Assembly (NCBI GenBank): GCA_965222075.1
Contig: OZ244937.1
Coordinates: 3,712,001 to 3,776,000, forward strand
Length of the DNA: 64,000 nucleotides
Source of the DNA: Candidatus Latescibacterota bacterium
Lineage (GTDB): Bacteria; Latescibacterota; UBA2968; GCA-2709665
Direction: 5' to 3'
Shown piece by piece: positions 61,535-64,000 of the stretch. Within the stretch, counting starts at the first letter, position 1, and the number at the start of each line of letters is the position of its first letter. The notes under the pieces were generated by a model, which was not told where the DNA came from, searched no databases, and saw only the letters and a list, made by a program, of their open reading frames with translations. A program made the position numbers and the translations under genes.

Positions 61535-62538
61535 ACATCAAACTCCCCGTCACCTCCTCCGCCTTTCTCCCCCTTTCCTCTCAGGAAAGGGGGCCGGGGG
61601 GATAGGTCACTCAGTCCGCTGGCTGGCAAAACAGTTCGGGCCGGCGGAACAGCCGTGGGAATGACCCCTCCCCCAGCCCCTCCCCGAAACGGGGAGGGGA
61701 GAGCGTGCTCCTAAGAGGGTTGGAAGGTAGAACATTTCTTCAGTTGGGTCACGATACCACTCAGAACACCTTTTGGCGCGAAGACGTTCCCAGAGAATGC
61801 CCTCTTCTTCCGTCATCTGACCACGAAGCATTCTTGCCCGCTTCACCTTATCCAGATCCACTCTCTGCCCAATAACAATATTTCTCTTCCTCATCCTACA
61901 ACCGTCACCTCCTCCGCCTTTCTCCCCCTTTCCTCTCAGGAAAGGGGGCCGGGGGGATAGGTCACTCAGTCCGCTGGCTGGCAAAACAGTTCGGGCCGGC
62001 GGAACAGCCGTGGGAATGACCCCTCCCCCGGCCCCTCCCCGAAACGGGGAGGGGAGAGCGTGCTCCTAAGAGGGTTGGAAGGTAGAGCGTTTCTTCAGTT
62101 GGGTCACGATACCACTCAGAACACCTTCAAGATTCTGTCTTATATCTTCATTCTGGATTCGTATAACCTTCAAACCACGAGATGCAAGAATACCATCACG
62201 TTCTGCGTCGTATTTGACCTGCTGCTGATGAACACCGCCATCCACTTCGATTACCAATCCAGCAGCATGGCAGTAGAAATCCACAATAAATCCATCAATG
62301 ACCTGCTGCCGACGAAAGTGAAACCCCTCCAGCCGATTGGCGCGAAGACGTTCCCAGAGAATGCCCTCTTCTTCCGTCATCTGACCACGAAGCATTCTTG
62401 CCCGCTTCACCTTATCCAGATCCACTCTCTGCCCAATAACAATATTTCTCTTCCTCATCCTACAACCGTCACCTCCTCCGCCTTTCTCCCCCTTTCCTCT
62501 CAGGAAAGGGGGCCGGGGGGATAGGTCACTCATACCGC
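61535..62538. mobile_element. DUF559 element cluster: solo right end, one core-deleted unit (355 bp), one intact unit (564 bp)
   Basis: Right ends finish at 61612, 61967 and 62531; same left flank (acatcaaactccccgtcacc) as 57193. Confidence 0.85.
62066..62458 (-). CDS. DUF559 (Vsr-like) endonuclease domain protein, third intact copy
   Basis: Near-identical to 47382..47774. Confidence 0.9.
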   Translation of the reverse strand: MRKRNIVIGQRVDLDKVKRARMLRGQMTEEEGILWERLRANRLEGFHFRRQQVIDGFIVDFYCHAAGLVIEVDGGVHQQQVKYDAERDGILASRGLKVIRIQNEDIRQNLEGVLSGIVTQLKKRSTFQPS

Positions 62539-64000
62539 AGCGCATCCACCGGATTCGCCCGCGCCGCCTTAACCGTCTGAAGGCTTACTGTTGCCAGTAC
62601 AACCGCCAACATCAGAACGCCCGACAGAGCAAAAGTGCTTATACCCAGCTCAATCCGATACGCAAAATCCTGCAACCATCGGTCCATCGCATAATACGCC
62701 ACCGGCCAGGCAATCACAGTAGCCACCGCGACCAGCAGAACGAACTCTCTGACAAACAGGGAGACAATGCTGGATACCGAAGCCCCCAGCGCCTTCCGGA
62801 TGCCAACCTCCTTGGTCCTGCGGGACACTGCCAGAGCCGTCAGTCCGAACGCGCCCAGACAGGCAATGAACACGGCAAAGAGGGTGGCGTAGCGCACGAT
62901 GCTGAACCACCGCTCTTCCTCGCGGTATTGACGGTCAACTTCCTCATCAAGAAAAGACAGGCGAAACGGCTTGTCCGGCAGCATTTCCTGCCATTTTTCT
63001 TTTAAAAAACGGAGCGTACCTGGCACATCCTCCGGGCGAATACGAATCATCAACTGCCCTCCAGGAAAAGTTGCCGGGAAAAGTTGCAACACAGCAGGTT
63101 CAATGGGATGATGGAGCGAGCGAAAATGAAAATCCCGGACGACCCCAATGACCGTCAGATCCTGTGCATACCGACCTGTGCCAACCCGTAGCGTCTTACC
63201 CAGAGGCGCTTGCCATCCCAATTTTTTAACCAGGGCCTCGTTAACGATCACAGATGTCTTTTTATCGCTATCTCGCTCAAATCTTCTGCCCGAGATCAGC
63301 GGAATACCCAGTGTTTCCAAAAAGTGTAGATCACACGCGAACAGCTCTATATATTTGAGGGTCTCACCCTCCCACGAAACTTCGGCCGGAGCCCGGGTCC
63401 CGTTCCTCAGCGTGTGTGGTGTTCTCGTGGCATTCAAAACAGCGTGGTGCGCCAGGACTGCCTCCTGGTAGGTCTTGGCCAGATCCGCTCCTTCCTGTCT
63501 TCCCTGTATCAAATTCCAAAGGTTGACCACCACAACCTCCTCCACCTCAATACCCAGCGGTTTTGTTCTCAGGTAATCCAACTGCCGGGTCATCATCAGC
63601 GTGCCTGCCACCAGGAAGGTAGCGATGGCGACCTGAAAAACCACCAGTGCGCGACTGATCAGGTTCATTCGACCCACCCCGGACCGGCCTTTAAGCGCCT
63701 CGACCGGCAAAATCCTGGACATCACAAAGGCCGGGTAACTGCCAGCGACGATGCCCACGAGCAAGGTCAATCCAAGTAGGAAACTCAGTGTGGTTACATC
63801 CGCCTCACCGGAAAGCGAAAAATCCTTGCCTGTCAGACTGTTAAAACCCGGCATGAGCATCTCCGCCAGCGCCAGTCCAAGTGCAAGCGAAATAACGGTC
63901 AACAGGACCGATTCCGACAGAAACTGCCTCGCCAGTTCCGTCCGCAGCCCTCCCACTACTTTGCGTATCCCAACCTCCCGGGCACGGGAAAATGACCGGC
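62526..64000 (-). CDS. MacB/FtsX-type ABC permease (5' part beyond window)
   Basis: Frame open to the window edge (RSFSRAREVGIRK...RRTKEVGIRK...NPVDALRYE). Confidence 0.92.
   Translation of the reverse strand, partial: RSFSRAREVGIRKVVGGLRTELARQFLSESVLLTVISLALGLALAEMLMPGFNSLTGKDFSLSGEADVTTLSFLLGLTLLVGIVAGSYPAFVMSRILPVEALKGRSGVGRMNLISRALVVFQVAIATFLVAGTLMMTRQLDYLRTKPLGIEVEEVVVVNLWNLIQGRQEGADLAKTYQEAVLAHHAVLNATRTPHTLRNGTRAPAEVSWEGETLKYIELFACDLHFLETLGIPLISGRRFERDSDKKTSVIVNEALVKKLGWQAPLGKTLRVGTGRYAQDLTVIGVVRDFHFRSLHHPIEPAVLQLFPATFPGGQLMIRIRPEDVPGTLRFLKEKWQEMLPDKPFRLSFLDEEVDRQYREEERWFSIVRYATLFAVFIACLGAFGLTALAVSRRTKEVGIRKALGASVSSIVSLFVREFVLLVAVATVIAWPVAYYAMDRWLQDFAYRIELGISTFALSGVLMLAVVLATVSLQTVKAARANPVDALRYE

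Noticed and set aside
47043-62524. Plus-strand 77-154 aa ORFs (MLLRGL.GRAFLQ...)
   Set aside because: They are antisense shadows of DUF559. The minus frame has the family motifs and the RBS.
46952-62538. CRISPR array interpretation of the repeat-tail-repeat pattern
   Set aside because: The intervening segments are near-identical rather than unique spacers, the repeats alternate between two inverted types, and no cas genes are present.
48339-62545. N-terminal extensions MRCGMSDLSPRPPFLRGKGEKGG on DUF559, ATPase and other ORFs
   Set aside because: These are translations of the hairpin repeat. RBS-supported starts lie downstream.
48406-64000. Integron with attC-bounded cassettes
   Set aside because: There is no IntI tyrosine recombinase in the window and the hairpins lack RYYYAAC/GTTRRRY ends. 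Only the cassette-like geometry is retained as a finding.
43255-64000. Diversity-generating retroelement acting on permease C-termini
   Set aside because: No reverse transcriptase is present, and the shared 3' ends are conserved rather than adenine-mutagenised.

Overview
GC-rich bacterial chromosome segment. The LpxH-like and GT9 heptosyltransferase-like genes imply a Gram-negative host; an uncultured FCB-group/Latescibacterota-like lineage is only a guess. 1-11.7 kb: minus-strand catabolic cluster (Gfo/Idh/MocA, Ldh_2, Zn-ADH, split D-glutamate cyclase DUF1445 + DUF4392, fused 5-oxoprolinase, serine hydrolase). It includes a UxxC selenoprotein that the ORF track splits at an in-frame UGA followed by a SECIS-like hairpin. 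11.8-36 kb: housekeeping genes (dnaK, GT9, ATP-grasp-like protein, larE, def, PHP, NAPRTase, moaDE, glutaminyl cyclase, SUI1, ilvD, lpxH, TPR protein, UvrD with inserted DEDDh exonuclease, FadN, acyl-CoA ligase). 36-45.7 kb: AT-richer accessory block with a frameshifted 5'-nucleotidase, a YtrA-type ABC operon and IS remnants. 43-64 kb: array of five divergent MacB/FtsX-type permeases with two ATPases, an adaptor, an ECF sigma factor behind a sigma-54-type promoter, and a DUF4097 protein. The most striking signal is a 564-bp unit with hairpin/inverted-repeat ends that encodes a DUF559 (Vsr-like) nuclease. It occurs as 3 intact copies, 4 copies with the catalytic core deleted, and solo ends. It sits exactly on the stop codon of four permease paralogs, overlaps their final GAG-TGA, and carries a copy of a neighbouring hydrolase's 3' tail, making it a candidate site-targeted, transposase-free mobile or cassette-shuffling system. 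A second family of CCTGYCTG...CAGRCAGG micro-palindromes, all of length 3n, inserts in frame into genes. No rRNA, tRNA or CRISPR array was seen.
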